From Dehalococcoidia bacterium (GTDB lineage: Bacteria; Chloroflexota; Dehalococcoidia; Lucifugimonadales; UBA1123), in contig JAGWBK010000001.1 in NCBI GenBank assembly GCA_021295915.1, forward strand, positions 11,644 through 75,643: a stretch of DNA of 64,000 nt. The letters are read 5' to 3'. The position numbers were made by a program, and so were the translations under genes. Each line of letters begins with the position of its first letter. Position 1 is the stretch's first letter. The notes under the pieces were generated by a model. The model was not told the DNA's origin. It saw only the letters and a list, made by a program, of their open reading frames with translations, and did no database searches. Below are positions 44,917 to 54,343 of the stretch, one piece after another.

Positions 44917-45630
44917 TCAAGACCGGGACGAATCCAGCTTCCTGTTCAGTTCCTCCAGTTGGGCCTCGAGGCTCCTCTGACGTAGGGCAACCGTTATGTC
45001 GCCGCGAGTCCGCTCGATTACTCCCCTCATGACATCAGTAGTCCTTCTGAGGCCTCGAGTAACACCGTCCGGGTAATCCAGCGTCACCAGAACTGAATAG
45101 ACTTCATCCATAATCTCAAGGTAGGACTCACTCCTCGCGAACTCGTCGCCGCGAAGAAGATCGAGTACCAGGCGTCTCATCTCCCCGATCGCCTCGGCCA
45201 GTCCATTCATATAGACCGCTGCTCCCACATCCAGGTCAATCATCGTCGGAAGTTGAGAGCCTTCTGCAAATGCAAGAGTTGCGTGCGCCTCCACATACTC
45301 TTTGAGGGCGTCTTCTACGTAACCACCAAAATAGACGGCCGGATGATCCCGGCGTTCAGATTCTATCTCAGACCTGAGGACGGTCGCGCGTCCGATTAGA
45401 TCACGGGCATCGCCGAAGTCACCCCTATGAGTTGCCCGGATGGAGTTGGCAGAGAAACGAATAATCTGCCGCGACAGCGTCAACGCCTGTTCTCTGGCCT
45501 CATGAGTTCCCCTAAGCAGCTGCTCAGCGTCTTCACCTGCAGTACGAATCGCCGCAATCAGTTCTTCTGACGATGCCCTTTTCGTAGATTCTGACACTTC
45601 CTGGGACCCGCTAACCTTTCGCCGACTCAA
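44917..45630 (-). CDS. Translin-family protein
   Basis: The protein is all-helical. The central motif YMNGLAEAIGEMRRLVLDLL matches the translin signature Y(L/M)xGxxDxxGELxR. It is about 237 aa. The start is uncertain: the TTG at 45630 overlaps thiE by 20 nt. Confidence 0.6.
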   Translation of the reverse strand: MSRRKVSGSQEVSESTKRASSEELIAAIRTAGEDAEQLLRGTHEAREQALTLSRQIIRFSANSIRATHRGDFGDARDLIGRATVLRSEIESERRDHPAVYFGGYVEDALKEYVEAHATLAFAEGSQLPTMIDLDVGAAVYMNGLAEAIGEMRRLVLDLLRGDEFARSESYLEIMDEVYSVLVTLDYPDGVTRGLRRTTDVMRGVIERTRGDITVALRQRSLEAQLEELNRKLDSSRS

Positions 45631-46594
45631 AGAGCTCTACCAGCTCTTCCGTGGCAACTCTAGGATCGTCGGCGAACGTGATTGCGCTTACCACGCACAC
45701 AGATTCGGCGCCTGCCTTAGCAACATCCACGATGTTCGAGCTATTGATTCCGCCAATGGCGACAATGGGTTGTGTCACTGTCTCCCTGGCTCGCTTGATC
45801 ATCTCAGGACCAAGGGCTGTGCGGCCTGACTTTCCCATCGTCGTGGTCGCGTAGATTGCTCCCACCGCAACATAGTCGACGGAGTCTTCCTGGGAACGCT
45901 GGAGCTCGTCCATGGTGCCGTTTGAGTTTCCAATCAGTTGATCAGGAAGCAGGATTCGTCGTGCCTCTGAGATGGGTAGGTCAGTTTGGCCGACATGAAG
46001 TATGTCAGCATTCGATGCCCGCGCCAGATCGGCGTGGTCGTTCATGACGAACAGGGCGTCGTGTTCTGCGCAGATCGCTTTCAGTTCCCTGGCCGTTTCG
46101 AGCATCGGGCCTTTGTCGTTCAGCTTGTCACGCAATTGAACGACCTTTGCGCCACCTTCCAGGGATTGGAACGCGACATCTGTCACTGGTCTCCGTCTGG
46201 TCGCCTCGGGATCGACAATTACGTAAATGCCCCTTAATGACTCAGACAACTGCAATCGGGCCTTGGCTGCAAGCGAATCGTGGGCATCGACAACAGAGTC
46301 CCTTGCTGCCGAAATCAGGGTCTGATCCAGCGGCATGTCTCCACTGGCTGTAAGTGATACCAGTGTGTCGAGAGCAGCCCTCATGGATTCGACAATCTCA
46401 AAGACTGGTTCCGATCCTGTTCCCACGGATGAATCCAAGTTCACTTCGGCCAGAGTATTCAAGCCGGGGCTGCCTAGTGCTTCACGTAAGGACACCAGGC
46501 CAGTGAGTGTGCCTGGCTCGACCTCAGGCTGTGCCTCCAGGAACAGAGCTCCCTGCAGCAAAGTATCTATCTGTGCCTGGACGAAGAGTTTCAA
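45611..46594 (-). CDS. thiE: Thiamine-phosphate synthase with an N-terminal extension of ~115 aa
   Basis: The core motifs are GIYVIVD, VVQLRDK, ILHVGQTDLP and YVAVGAIYATTT. The ORF is 327 aa, against about 210 aa for the minimal enzyme. The TTG start is unverified. Confidence 0.85.
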   Translation of the reverse strand: MKLFVQAQIDTLLQGALFLEAQPEVEPGTLTGLVSLREALGSPGLNTLAEVNLDSSVGTGSEPVFEIVESMRAALDTLVSLTASGDMPLDQTLISAARDSVVDAHDSLAAKARLQLSESLRGIYVIVDPEATRRRPVTDVAFQSLEGGAKVVQLRDKLNDKGPMLETARELKAICAEHDALFVMNDHADLARASNADILHVGQTDLPISEARRILLPDQLIGNSNGTMDELQRSQEDSVDYVAVGAIYATTTMGKSGRTALGPEMIKRARETVTQPIVAIGGINSSNIVDVAKAGAESVCVVSAITFADDPRVATEELVELFESAKG

Positions 46595-46720
46595 TGCGGG
46601 CTCCGTAAGGTTGTCAGTTCTCCATTAGACGTCGGCGGGATTCTAACACACGGCTGGGGTGCAATCTGGCAGCGTGCGTCTTACAATACCTCCGCATCGC
46701 CATTAGAGGAGCGAAATCAA

Positions 46721-47785
46721 TTGTCACACTACAAGGTAGCGGTCATCAGGGGTGATGGCATCGGAATTGAGGTAATCGAAGAGGGAATCAAGGTACTTGA
46801 TGCCGTCGGGCAGGAGTACGGAATCAGTTGGACATGGAACGAGTATCCGTGGGGCAGCGAGTACTATAGGGAGCATGGCGTGGTCATGCCTTCGGATGGT
46901 CTGGATACACTTACCGAGTCTGACGTCATATTCCTCGGCGCGGTAGGACATCCCGACTTCCAAGACCACATAACTCTCGGGGGACTCCTGCTTCCCATTC
47001 GACGGTCATTCGACCAGTACGTGTGCGAGCGGCCCAGCGTGCTCTACGAGGGCATAGATTCACCCATCAAGGGCTATTCGGCTGGCGACATCGACATGGT
47101 AGTCGTACGTGAGAACACCGAGGGCGAGTACGCTGACGTCGGAGGGTTCCTGTATCCAGACTTCCCAGAAGAGGTTGGAATTCAGTCTGCTGTTTTCACC
47201 CGGAAGGGCTGCGAACGAATCATCAGACATGCGTTCGAGGTCGCTCGAAGGAGAAACAAGGCGAAGCACGTTACCTCGATCACGAAGTCAAACGCTCTCG
47301 GATACGGAATGTTGGTATGGGACAGGGCATTCGAGCGGGTCGCTGAAGACTATCCCGACATCGGGACGAACTCGCTGCTCGTGGACGCGGCCTGCATGGA
47401 CTTCATACGAAGGCCAGAGTCATTCGACGTGGTGGTCGGGAGCAACCTGTTCGGAGACATCCTGACGGACATCGGGGCAATCATCACGGGTAGCATGGGG
47501 CTCGCCCCAAGTGGAAATATAGACCCGGACAGACGTTACCCCTCGATGTTCGAGCCGGTCCACGGTTCCGCCCCGGACATCACTGGGCAGGGGATCGCCA
47601 ACCCACTCGCAACAATTCTGTCGGGAGCGATGATGCTAAGGCACCTGGGAGAGGATGCCGCGGCCGATTCGGTTGAAAAGGGGTCGCTAAACGTGGTCGC
47701 CCTGGGTGAGACAATAACGCCTGACCTGGGAGGAAACTCCAGCACACAGGACGTCGGCGACGCTGTCGTTTCGGCACTGACCTGA
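46721..47785 (+). CDS. Tartrate / D-malate dehydrogenase-type isocitrate-isopropylmalate dehydrogenase family enzyme
   Basis: YKVAVIRGDGIGIEV, FLGAVGHPD, LLPIRRSFDQYV and GSNLFGDILTD are present. The start is TTG with AGAGGAG upstream. The length is 354 aa. Confidence 0.85.
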   Translation: MSHYKVAVIRGDGIGIEVIEEGIKVLDAVGQEYGISWTWNEYPWGSEYYREHGVVMPSDGLDTLTESDVIFLGAVGHPDFQDHITLGGLLLPIRRSFDQYVCERPSVLYEGIDSPIKGYSAGDIDMVVVRENTEGEYADVGGFLYPDFPEEVGIQSAVFTRKGCERIIRHAFEVARRRNKAKHVTSITKSNALGYGMLVWDRAFERVAEDYPDIGTNSLLVDAACMDFIRRPESFDVVVGSNLFGDILTDIGAIITGSMGLAPSGNIDPDRRYPSMFEPVHGSAPDITGQGIANPLATILSGAMMLRHLGEDAAADSVEKGSLNVVALGETITPDLGGNSSTQDVGDAVVSALT

Positions 47786-47810
47786 AATCAAAACCAGGAG
47801 GAGGAACGCC

Positions 47811-49217
47811 ATGACGCTCATCAAGGGAGGAACGGCAGTCACACCATCAGGAGTTGGTGAGTTCGACATCTGGATTTCTGGCGAAACTATTCAGGCTGTC
47901 ACGGAACCCGGTGCGATTCCAGCCGGCGACGAGCTGATCATAGATGCGACGGGCAAGTTGGTCGTTCCTGGAGGAATCGAACCTCACGCTCATATTGGGG
48001 GACCACGTCAGCCAGAACGCTCCGGGGCCGAACCAGTTTCCAAGGCCGCGGTTTGGGGTGGAACGACAACGGTTCTGGACTTCGCCACTCAAGTTCCCGG
48101 GCACGACCTGCGCCACGCACTTGGGGAAGCTGCGGAGAGGTGGGAAGGCAACGCCTACACTGATTACTCTTATCATCCTATCTTTACGAACGGAGCCACC
48201 AGGGCTCACATCAACCAGATACCTGAACTGATTGAAGAGGGATTCCCTAGCTTCAAGATATTTACCACGTCCATACGTCCGCCCAGCCCTCAGATGCAGA
48301 ACAACAAGACCGACTTCGGTCGGCTTGCCATCATCATGGATAGGGTCACCGAGGGAGGCGGGATCCTGCTCGTCCACTCAGAGGACGACGATATGGTCCA
48401 CTTCAACTACGACAACGCCCAGGAGGACGGTCTGTGGGACTGGTGGAATATGCACCATATCCACTCAAACCTGTCAGAGGACGTGTCCTTCCGACGTGTT
48501 CTCCGGCTCGCAACCAAGAAGAAGTGTCCTGTTTACTTCGTCCATGTGAGCGCCCAAGAAGGGGTGGAGGCCGTCGGTCAAGCCAGGATGCTGGGATTGC
48601 CGATTTACGGTGAGACCCTGCACAACTACGCCTGCTTCAATGCCGAGAACTACCGTGAAGATTACGGTATGAAGTACCACACGTATCCCTCACTTAAGCA
48701 AGAGGACGACAGAAGCTCACTTTGGCAGGGGTTGCTTGACGGCCGGCTGTCAACCGTTGCGACGGACCTGGTCTCGACCACCTGGGAGGAGAAGACCCGA
48801 TTCAAGACTGTCGCGGATGTTACCGGCGGCCACAACGGCATCGAGACCCGCATGGGGATTGCCTACTCGGTCGGTGTTGCAGAGCTTGGCATGAGCCTTG
48901 AGCGATTCGTTGACATCACATCCACGAACGCCGCCAAGATCTTTGGAATGTACCCGAAGAAGGGAGCGATCGCGCCGGGGTCTGATGCCGACATCTGCAT
49001 CATGGACACGACATGGGACAGGCCGTTGACACTAGACGACCTTCATCTCGAGGACTACTCCATATGGGAAGGCTGGCACGTCAAGGGCTGGCCGGAAACC
49101 GTGCTTCTCAGGGGCAACGTGATGATCGAGAACCGCAGCCTGAAAGGAAATCCCGACGTAGGGAACCTTCTGTCCCGCTCCATCCCTTCCGAGGTGCTGC
49201 AGAAGCCAATTTGCTAG
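47811..49217 (+). CDS. Dihydropyrimidinase/D-hydantoinase-family cyclic amidohydrolase
   Basis: GGIEPHAH (HxH metal site), FKIF (carbamylated Lys context), LVHSEDDD and YFVHVS are present. A strong SD AGGAGGAGGA precedes the start. The length is 468 aa. Confidence 0.85.
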   Translation: MTLIKGGTAVTPSGVGEFDIWISGETIQAVTEPGAIPAGDELIIDATGKLVVPGGIEPHAHIGGPRQPERSGAEPVSKAAVWGGTTTVLDFATQVPGHDLRHALGEAAERWEGNAYTDYSYHPIFTNGATRAHINQIPELIEEGFPSFKIFTTSIRPPSPQMQNNKTDFGRLAIIMDRVTEGGGILLVHSEDDDMVHFNYDNAQEDGLWDWWNMHHIHSNLSEDVSFRRVLRLATKKKCPVYFVHVSAQEGVEAVGQARMLGLPIYGETLHNYACFNAENYREDYGMKYHTYPSLKQEDDRSSLWQGLLDGRLSTVATDLVSTTWEEKTRFKTVADVTGGHNGIETRMGIAYSVGVAELGMSLERFVDITSTNAAKIFGMYPKKGAIAPGSDADICIMDTTWDRPLTLDDLHLEDYSIWEGWHVKGWPETVLLRGNVMIENRSLKGNPDVGNLLSRSIPSEVLQKPIC

Positions 49218-49237
49218 GGGTCCAGAACCCGACCGCG

Positions 49238-50944
49238 CTAGTCAGCGGCTGCCAGAAGGAAGTCGAAGTCGCAGCCGCTGTCGGCCTGCATCACGTGCTG
49301 TGAATACATCGAAGTGTAGCCGCGCTTGTGGACTGGCCTGACAGGGGGTGACTCTGCAAGTCGCCGCTTGACTTCGCGATCTTCGACGAGAAGGTCCAAA
49401 CTCCGACTGGGTACGTCGAGTTTGATACGGTCACCGTTCCTGACTGCGGCAAGCGGGCCTCCTGCAGCAGATTCTGGCGTGACGTGTACGACAACAGTCC
49501 CGAAAGCCGTGCCGCTCATCCTGGCATCGCTCAATCGCACCATGTCGCGAATTCCGGAGGCGAGGATCTTCTTTGGCAAAGGCAGGAACCCCCACTCGGG
49601 CATGCCAGGACCACCAATCGGCCCGCTTGAGCGCATCACCAGTACATCCTGGGGAGTGACGTCGAGGTCCGGATCGTCGATGCGGTCGAACAGGTCGTCG
49701 TGGTCCTCGAAGACTATGGCTCGGCCCTCGTGGGTCATCAGAGTCTCAGAGGCGGCAGTAGGCTTGATCAGAGCCCCGGTTGGTGCCAGAGAGCCTGTCA
49801 GGACTGCGAGGCCGCCTTCCGGGTTCATGGGATTGTCCAGGGTGCGAATCACATCCTGATCGTAGTTGATCGCATACTTGAAGTTCTGTTCGAGGGTCAG
49901 GCCAGTGGCCGTTATGGAGTCCGTGTGCAGGAGAGGAGAGATCTCCTTCAGCAGAGCGCCAACTCCGCCCGCGTTGTGGAAGTCTTCCATCAGGTAACGG
50001 CCTGACGGCTTCAGGTTCAACAGGAAAGGGGTTGTACGGGAAAGATCGTCGAAGAGGGTGCCAGGAAGATCGATTCCTAGTCTTCCTGCTATCGCCGTGA
50101 GGTGAATCACCGCGTTGGTGGAGCCTCCCATGGCGTGCAGGGTCCGAATGCCATTCTCGAACGCCTGCCTAGTCATAATGTGGGACGGCCGAATGTCCTT
50201 TCGCACCAGTTCAACTATCTGACGTCCGGCCAACTCTGAGAGTCGAAGCCTGCGGGAGTCGACCGCCGGAATGGCGCCGTTACCTGGGAGGGCGATCCCC
50301 ATTGCCTCAGAAACAGAGGCCATCGTGGATGCAGTCCCCATCACCATGCAGTGTCCGGGACTACGGACGATGCAGGTCTGGAGTTCCGCCCAGTCATCCT
50401 CAGTGATCCTGCCAGCTCGGAGCTCTACCTCGTAGCGTCGGCAGTCGGTACAGGAGCCAAGTTCCTCGCCACGCCAGTTGGCCTTCAGCTGTGGACCTCC
50501 GGTGACCATAATGGACGGGATGTCCGCGCTGGCAGCGCCCATGAGCAGGGCAGGGGTCGTCTTGTCGCAGCCGCCGAGAAGTACAACGCCATCCAAGGGA
50601 TTGGCCCGTATTGATTCTTCAACTTCCATGCTCATCAGGTTTCTGAACAGCATCGTCGTAGGGCGCATGTTGTACTCACCCAGCGACATAACAGGGAATT
50701 CCATGGGGAATCCGCCAGCCTGCCACACGCCGCGTTTCACAGCCTCGGCGAGAGTCCGCAGGTGCGCGTTGCAGTGGGTCAGTTCGCTCCACGAGTTGCA
50801 GATGCCGATAATCGGCCTGCCTTCGTACGCCTCCGGCCCGTACCCTTCTGCCATGAAAGCTGCACGACGCAGCCATCCATACAACTCGGGAGTATCGAAC
50901 CACTCACTCGATCGCAGCTTGGAACCGTTTTCATGTTCGGCCAT
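49238..50944 (-). CDS. IlvD/Edd-family dehydratase (dihydroxy-acid or sugar-acid dehydratase)
   Basis: PIIGICNSWSELTHCNAHL and LGGCDKTTPALLMGA are present. The start is set at the internal ATG at 50944 (AGGGAGAG upstream). The 74 extra upstream codons overlap the preceding gene. Confidence 0.9.
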   Translation of the reverse strand: MAEHENGSKLRSSEWFDTPELYGWLRRAAFMAEGYGPEAYEGRPIIGICNSWSELTHCNAHLRTLAEAVKRGVWQAGGFPMEFPVMSLGEYNMRPTTMLFRNLMSMEVEESIRANPLDGVVLLGGCDKTTPALLMGAASADIPSIMVTGGPQLKANWRGEELGSCTDCRRYEVELRAGRITEDDWAELQTCIVRSPGHCMVMGTASTMASVSEAMGIALPGNGAIPAVDSRRLRLSELAGRQIVELVRKDIRPSHIMTRQAFENGIRTLHAMGGSTNAVIHLTAIAGRLGIDLPGTLFDDLSRTTPFLLNLKPSGRYLMEDFHNAGGVGALLKEISPLLHTDSITATGLTLEQNFKYAINYDQDVIRTLDNPMNPEGGLAVLTGSLAPTGALIKPTAASETLMTHEGRAIVFEDHDDLFDRIDDPDLDVTPQDVLVMRSSGPIGGPGMPEWGFLPLPKKILASGIRDMVRLSDARMSGTAFGTVVVHVTPESAAGGPLAAVRNGDRIKLDVPSRSLDLLVEDREVKRRLAESPPVRPVHKRGYTSMYSQHVMQADSGCDFDFLLAAAD

Positions 50945-50951
50945 TTGGGAC

Positions 50952-51596
50952 TTACTCTCCCTGTTGTGACTCCGGCTGTGGTGGCGAACGGAAGTAGTTG
51001 TCGAGCCATCTCTTGAGGGCGTCCAGGGACGGTGGCGCGACATAGAAGACCTGAACTTCGGTCGGGAACTGGACCTGATGGTCCTCGCGAATGAACAGCA
51101 CGGCACAGTCGCCAACAGCGAGATCTTCTGTGATCCTGTCTGCGATTCTCTTGTACCTGGCCACAAGTGTCTCCTGGTAGCCCTCCAGGGAGGTCTGCAG
51201 GACTTTTTGACTGGCAGGCCCCATGGTAAGCACTCTCTGCCAGTCCGAGTGTTCTGCCACTAGCTCACCGTCCTCCAACTGCCGCATGGTGGCTGTGGAC
51301 TGGCACATGGCGCGTACCAGTGTGCAGGCAGTTGGATTCAGGACCTCGAGATGCTGAAGACCTTCATCACCTTCAGCGCATACCATCTCGTGGTACACCT
51401 TCGACACCGAACCCAGAGTCCGCTCCAGGTTACCGATGGAGTCTCGCACCTCAGACCAGTACTTCTCGATAAGCTCCAGAGCTTCTTGGGGCAGTCCTGG
51501 CGCCGCAACGTAGTTGGGAACCAGAAACAGGTTCTTCTTGCCCTCGTATGAGCTCGCGCTTGGCCTGGGAATCTGGGAAAGGGGCTGCTGAGTCAT
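50952..51596 (-). CDS. Hypothetical protein (214 aa) translationally coupled to the formate dehydrogenase alpha subunit
   Basis: Its ATG overlaps the fdhA stop (ATGA at 51593-51596). I recognise no motif and it has no FdhD-type Cys loop. Confidence 0.6.
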   Translation of the reverse strand: MTQQPLSQIPRPSASSYEGKKNLFLVPNYVAAPGLPQEALELIEKYWSEVRDSIGNLERTLGSVSKVYHEMVCAEGDEGLQHLEVLNPTACTLVRAMCQSTATMRQLEDGELVAEHSDWQRVLTMGPASQKVLQTSLEGYQETLVARYKRIADRITEDLAVGDCAVLFIREDHQVQFPTEVQVFYVAPPSLDALKRWLDNYFRSPPQPESQQGE

Positions 51597-54343
51597 CCGG
51601 TTGCCACGGGTTTGCGATTCGCTGTAACACCCCTGTCTTCGCCAACTGGGTCAACTCGCACGGCGCAGACTTTGTACTCAGGAATCCTGGAATTAGGGTC
51701 CAGCGCAGAGTTGGTTAGGAAATTGGCGGCGTGCTCCTGGAGCTTCACGAATGGAACGAAGATCTCGCCGATGCGCTGTCTCTCTGTGTAGACCGTCCGC
51801 GCCTCCAGATCGCCCCGGCGCGACCTGACTCGAATCCACTCGCCGTCGGCTATGCCGTACTTCTCGCCATCAGCGGGATTCATGCCTACTGTCAGTTCAG
51901 GAGAGCGAGCCAACAGATTGTCCGCGCGCCTAGTGATCGTGCCGCCATGCCAGTGGTAGAGGACCCTTCCCGTGTTCAGAATCAGCGGGAATCTTGCCGA
52001 CGGTGTCTCGGCGGCAACAGGGCCCTGGTCAAATCCGACGAACTTCGCCCTTGGCCCCCGAGGGAAATCGGACTCATACAGGAAACGCGTGCCCGGATGA
52101 TCTGGAGTGGGGCAGGGCCACTGAATTCCGCCCTCGTTTTCGAGGCGGTCATATGAGATGCCTGCGATGATCGGCATAAGCGTTGCCATCTCGTCGAATA
52201 TCTCGGACGGGTGGCTGTAGTCGAACTCGTGCTCAAGCTCCAGGCCAAGCCTCGAACTCATGCGCAGGGCAACGTCTCTGATTATCTCCCAATCCGCTTT
52301 GCTCTCGCCGACGGGCTCGACTGCCTTTCGTACACGCTGGACTCTACGTTCGCTGTTTGTGAACGTGCCATCTTTCTCAGCGAAGGACGTAGCTGGCAGA
52401 ACGACGTCAGCAATCTGCGCTGTTTCGTGCATGAAAATGTCCTGAACGACCAGGAAGTCCAGCTTCTTGAACATCTCTTCAGCGTGACTCAGGTCCGGCT
52501 CGCTCAGCAACGGGTTCTCACCTGTGACGTACATCGCCTTTATTCGACCGGTGTCCATTGCCGGGACCATCTCTGTAATGACGAGTCCGGGATCGGGAGG
52601 CAGAGGCTGGTTGCTCCAGGCAGCCTGGAACTTTTCAAGCGACTCCTCACCGATGGGCTGATAGCCTGGGAATGAGTTCGGTACGCAGCCAGAGTCCCCG
52701 CACCCCTGTACGTTGTTTTGGCCCCTGAGCGGCGAGATGCCGGAGCCCGGCCGACCAAGTTGACCTGCTACAAGGGCGAGGTTCAACAAGCCGTGCGCGT
52801 TCGCAGTCCCCATAGTATGCTGGGTTATGCCCATACCCCAGATAAGACACGAGCCACTGAATGGGGGACTCGCATAGATGCGGGCAGCCTCAGCTATGTC
52901 GTCTGCCGTCACCCCGGTTATCTTCTCAGCGTAGTCGAGGTCGTACTTTTGGGCGGTGCTCCACCACTCTTCGTAGCCTTCAGTCCGGTCAGTAACGAAG
53001 GTGGAATCAGCAAGTCCCTCGTCCACAATCACCTTGGCCATGGCATTGAGTAGAGCAACGTCGGTACCCGGGCGAGGCCTAAGCCAGAGGTCGGCGTAGT
53101 CGCACATATCGATGCGACGAGGGTTGATGATGATCAACTTCGCCCCACGTTCAACGACCGCACGCCTCATCCTAGAAGCAGCCACGGGGTGGTTGGAATT
53201 GGCATCCGAGCCAATTATGATCAGGCATCCGGCTTCCTCGTAGTCGATGTAGGAGTTAGATGTAGCTCCACTTCCCAGTGAGGTCAGCATGGCCTCTACC
53301 GATGGCGAGTGACACAGTCTTGTGCAGTGGTCGATGTGATTGCTGCCCATGACGAGTCGGGCAAACTTCTGCTGTATGAAACCGTCTTCGTTCGTTGCCT
53401 TTGCTGATGCGAGAGTTCCAAAGGAGTCTCCGCGGTATTCAGCCAGCCGTTCTACAACGTAGTCGAGCGCTTCGTCCCAATCGACTTCGACGAATTCGCC
53501 TTCTTTGCGAATGAGAGGCTTCTTGATGCGGTCCGGGTGGTTAACGAATGAGAACCCGAACCTGCCCTTCACGCAGAGCATCCCGAGCGACGACTGGTTG
53601 TCGGGGTCATCCAGGATTTCGATTATGTTGTCGTTGATGTCTACCTTGGCCTGGATGCCGCATCCCACACCGCAGTATGGGCACGTCGTCGTTACGGTCC
53701 GCGCCGTTTCAGGGGGATCATTCTTAACACGAATCGCACCAGTCGGGCAGGAGGCGAGGCAGGAGCCACACGTCGTGCAGACCGACTCGACGAGAGGGCG
53801 GTCCATGAAGGTGCCGATTCTGGCTTCGGTACCTCGTCCCAGAATGTCGATCGCCCCAATGAACTGGTGACCGTCCTGGCACGCCTGTGCGCAGCGTCCA
53901 CACATAATGCATGAGTCCATCGCGATGTCGAAAACGGGGTTGGAAACGTCGACGGGCTGGCGAGGACGACCTTCCCACTGAGACACATCAAGTCCGTGAT
54001 GCTTAGCAGCGATCGAAAGCTCTTTATGATTCCCGTTGGTGTTCTCATCCGAGTCTGGGAACATAGACATAGTGAGTTCTAGGACTCCGCGCCTGAGGTC
54101 ACGCGCCCTGTCAGTCTCAGTTTCAACTACCATGCCTTCGACCGCAGGGACGGAACAAGACGCCGGGAATCCGCGCACTCCATCGATACCTACAAGGCAG
54201 GTCCTGCACGCGCCGATGGGCTTCATGTCAGGGTCCTTGCAGAGTTGCGAGATATAGGTACCCGATTGGTTAATTGCGTCCAAGACTGACGAGCCGTCGT
54301 TCACGGTGACATTGTTGCCATTGACTGAGAGTGTGACGCTCAT
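51593..54343 (-). CDS. fdhA: NAD-linked formate dehydrogenase alpha subunit (FdsA/FdhF-type, NuoG-like N-terminus plus bis-MGD domain), Cys-type
   Basis: The N-terminal 2Fe-2S motif (ACRTCLV), 4Fe-4S clusters (CIMCGRCAQAC, CTTCGSCLASCP, CPYCGVGCG) and the active-site context HCTRLCHSPSV are present. The ligand is a Cys codon TGT at 53312-53314. The length is 916 aa. Confidence 0.92.
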   Translation of the reverse strand: MSVTLSVNGNNVTVNDGSSVLDAINQSGTYISQLCKDPDMKPIGACRTCLVGIDGVRGFPASCSVPAVEGMVVETETDRARDLRRGVLELTMSMFPDSDENTNGNHKELSIAAKHHGLDVSQWEGRPRQPVDVSNPVFDIAMDSCIMCGRCAQACQDGHQFIGAIDILGRGTEARIGTFMDRPLVESVCTTCGSCLASCPTGAIRVKNDPPETARTVTTTCPYCGVGCGIQAKVDINDNIIEILDDPDNQSSLGMLCVKGRFGFSFVNHPDRIKKPLIRKEGEFVEVDWDEALDYVVERLAEYRGDSFGTLASAKATNEDGFIQQKFARLVMGSNHIDHCTRLCHSPSVEAMLTSLGSGATSNSYIDYEEAGCLIIIGSDANSNHPVAASRMRRAVVERGAKLIIINPRRIDMCDYADLWLRPRPGTDVALLNAMAKVIVDEGLADSTFVTDRTEGYEEWWSTAQKYDLDYAEKITGVTADDIAEAARIYASPPFSGSCLIWGMGITQHTMGTANAHGLLNLALVAGQLGRPGSGISPLRGQNNVQGCGDSGCVPNSFPGYQPIGEESLEKFQAAWSNQPLPPDPGLVITEMVPAMDTGRIKAMYVTGENPLLSEPDLSHAEEMFKKLDFLVVQDIFMHETAQIADVVLPATSFAEKDGTFTNSERRVQRVRKAVEPVGESKADWEIIRDVALRMSSRLGLELEHEFDYSHPSEIFDEMATLMPIIAGISYDRLENEGGIQWPCPTPDHPGTRFLYESDFPRGPRAKFVGFDQGPVAAETPSARFPLILNTGRVLYHWHGGTITRRADNLLARSPELTVGMNPADGEKYGIADGEWIRVRSRRGDLEARTVYTERQRIGEIFVPFVKLQEHAANFLTNSALDPNSRIPEYKVCAVRVDPVGEDRGVTANRKPVATG

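Noticed and set aside
46595-46720. A TPP riboswitch upstream of thiE. A GGGGTGC...ATCTGGCAGCG-like string caught my eye.
   Set aside because: The string is on the plus strand, the wrong orientation for thiE. It lacks the CUGAGA element and the full pyrimidine-sensing helix. An Rfam RF00059 scan would settle it.
53312-53314. A selenocysteine (in-frame TGA) at the formate dehydrogenase active site.
   Set aside because: The metal-ligand codon in ...HCTRLCHSPSV... is TGT (Cys). The ORF has no internal TGA, so this is a Cys-type enzyme and no SECIS element is needed.
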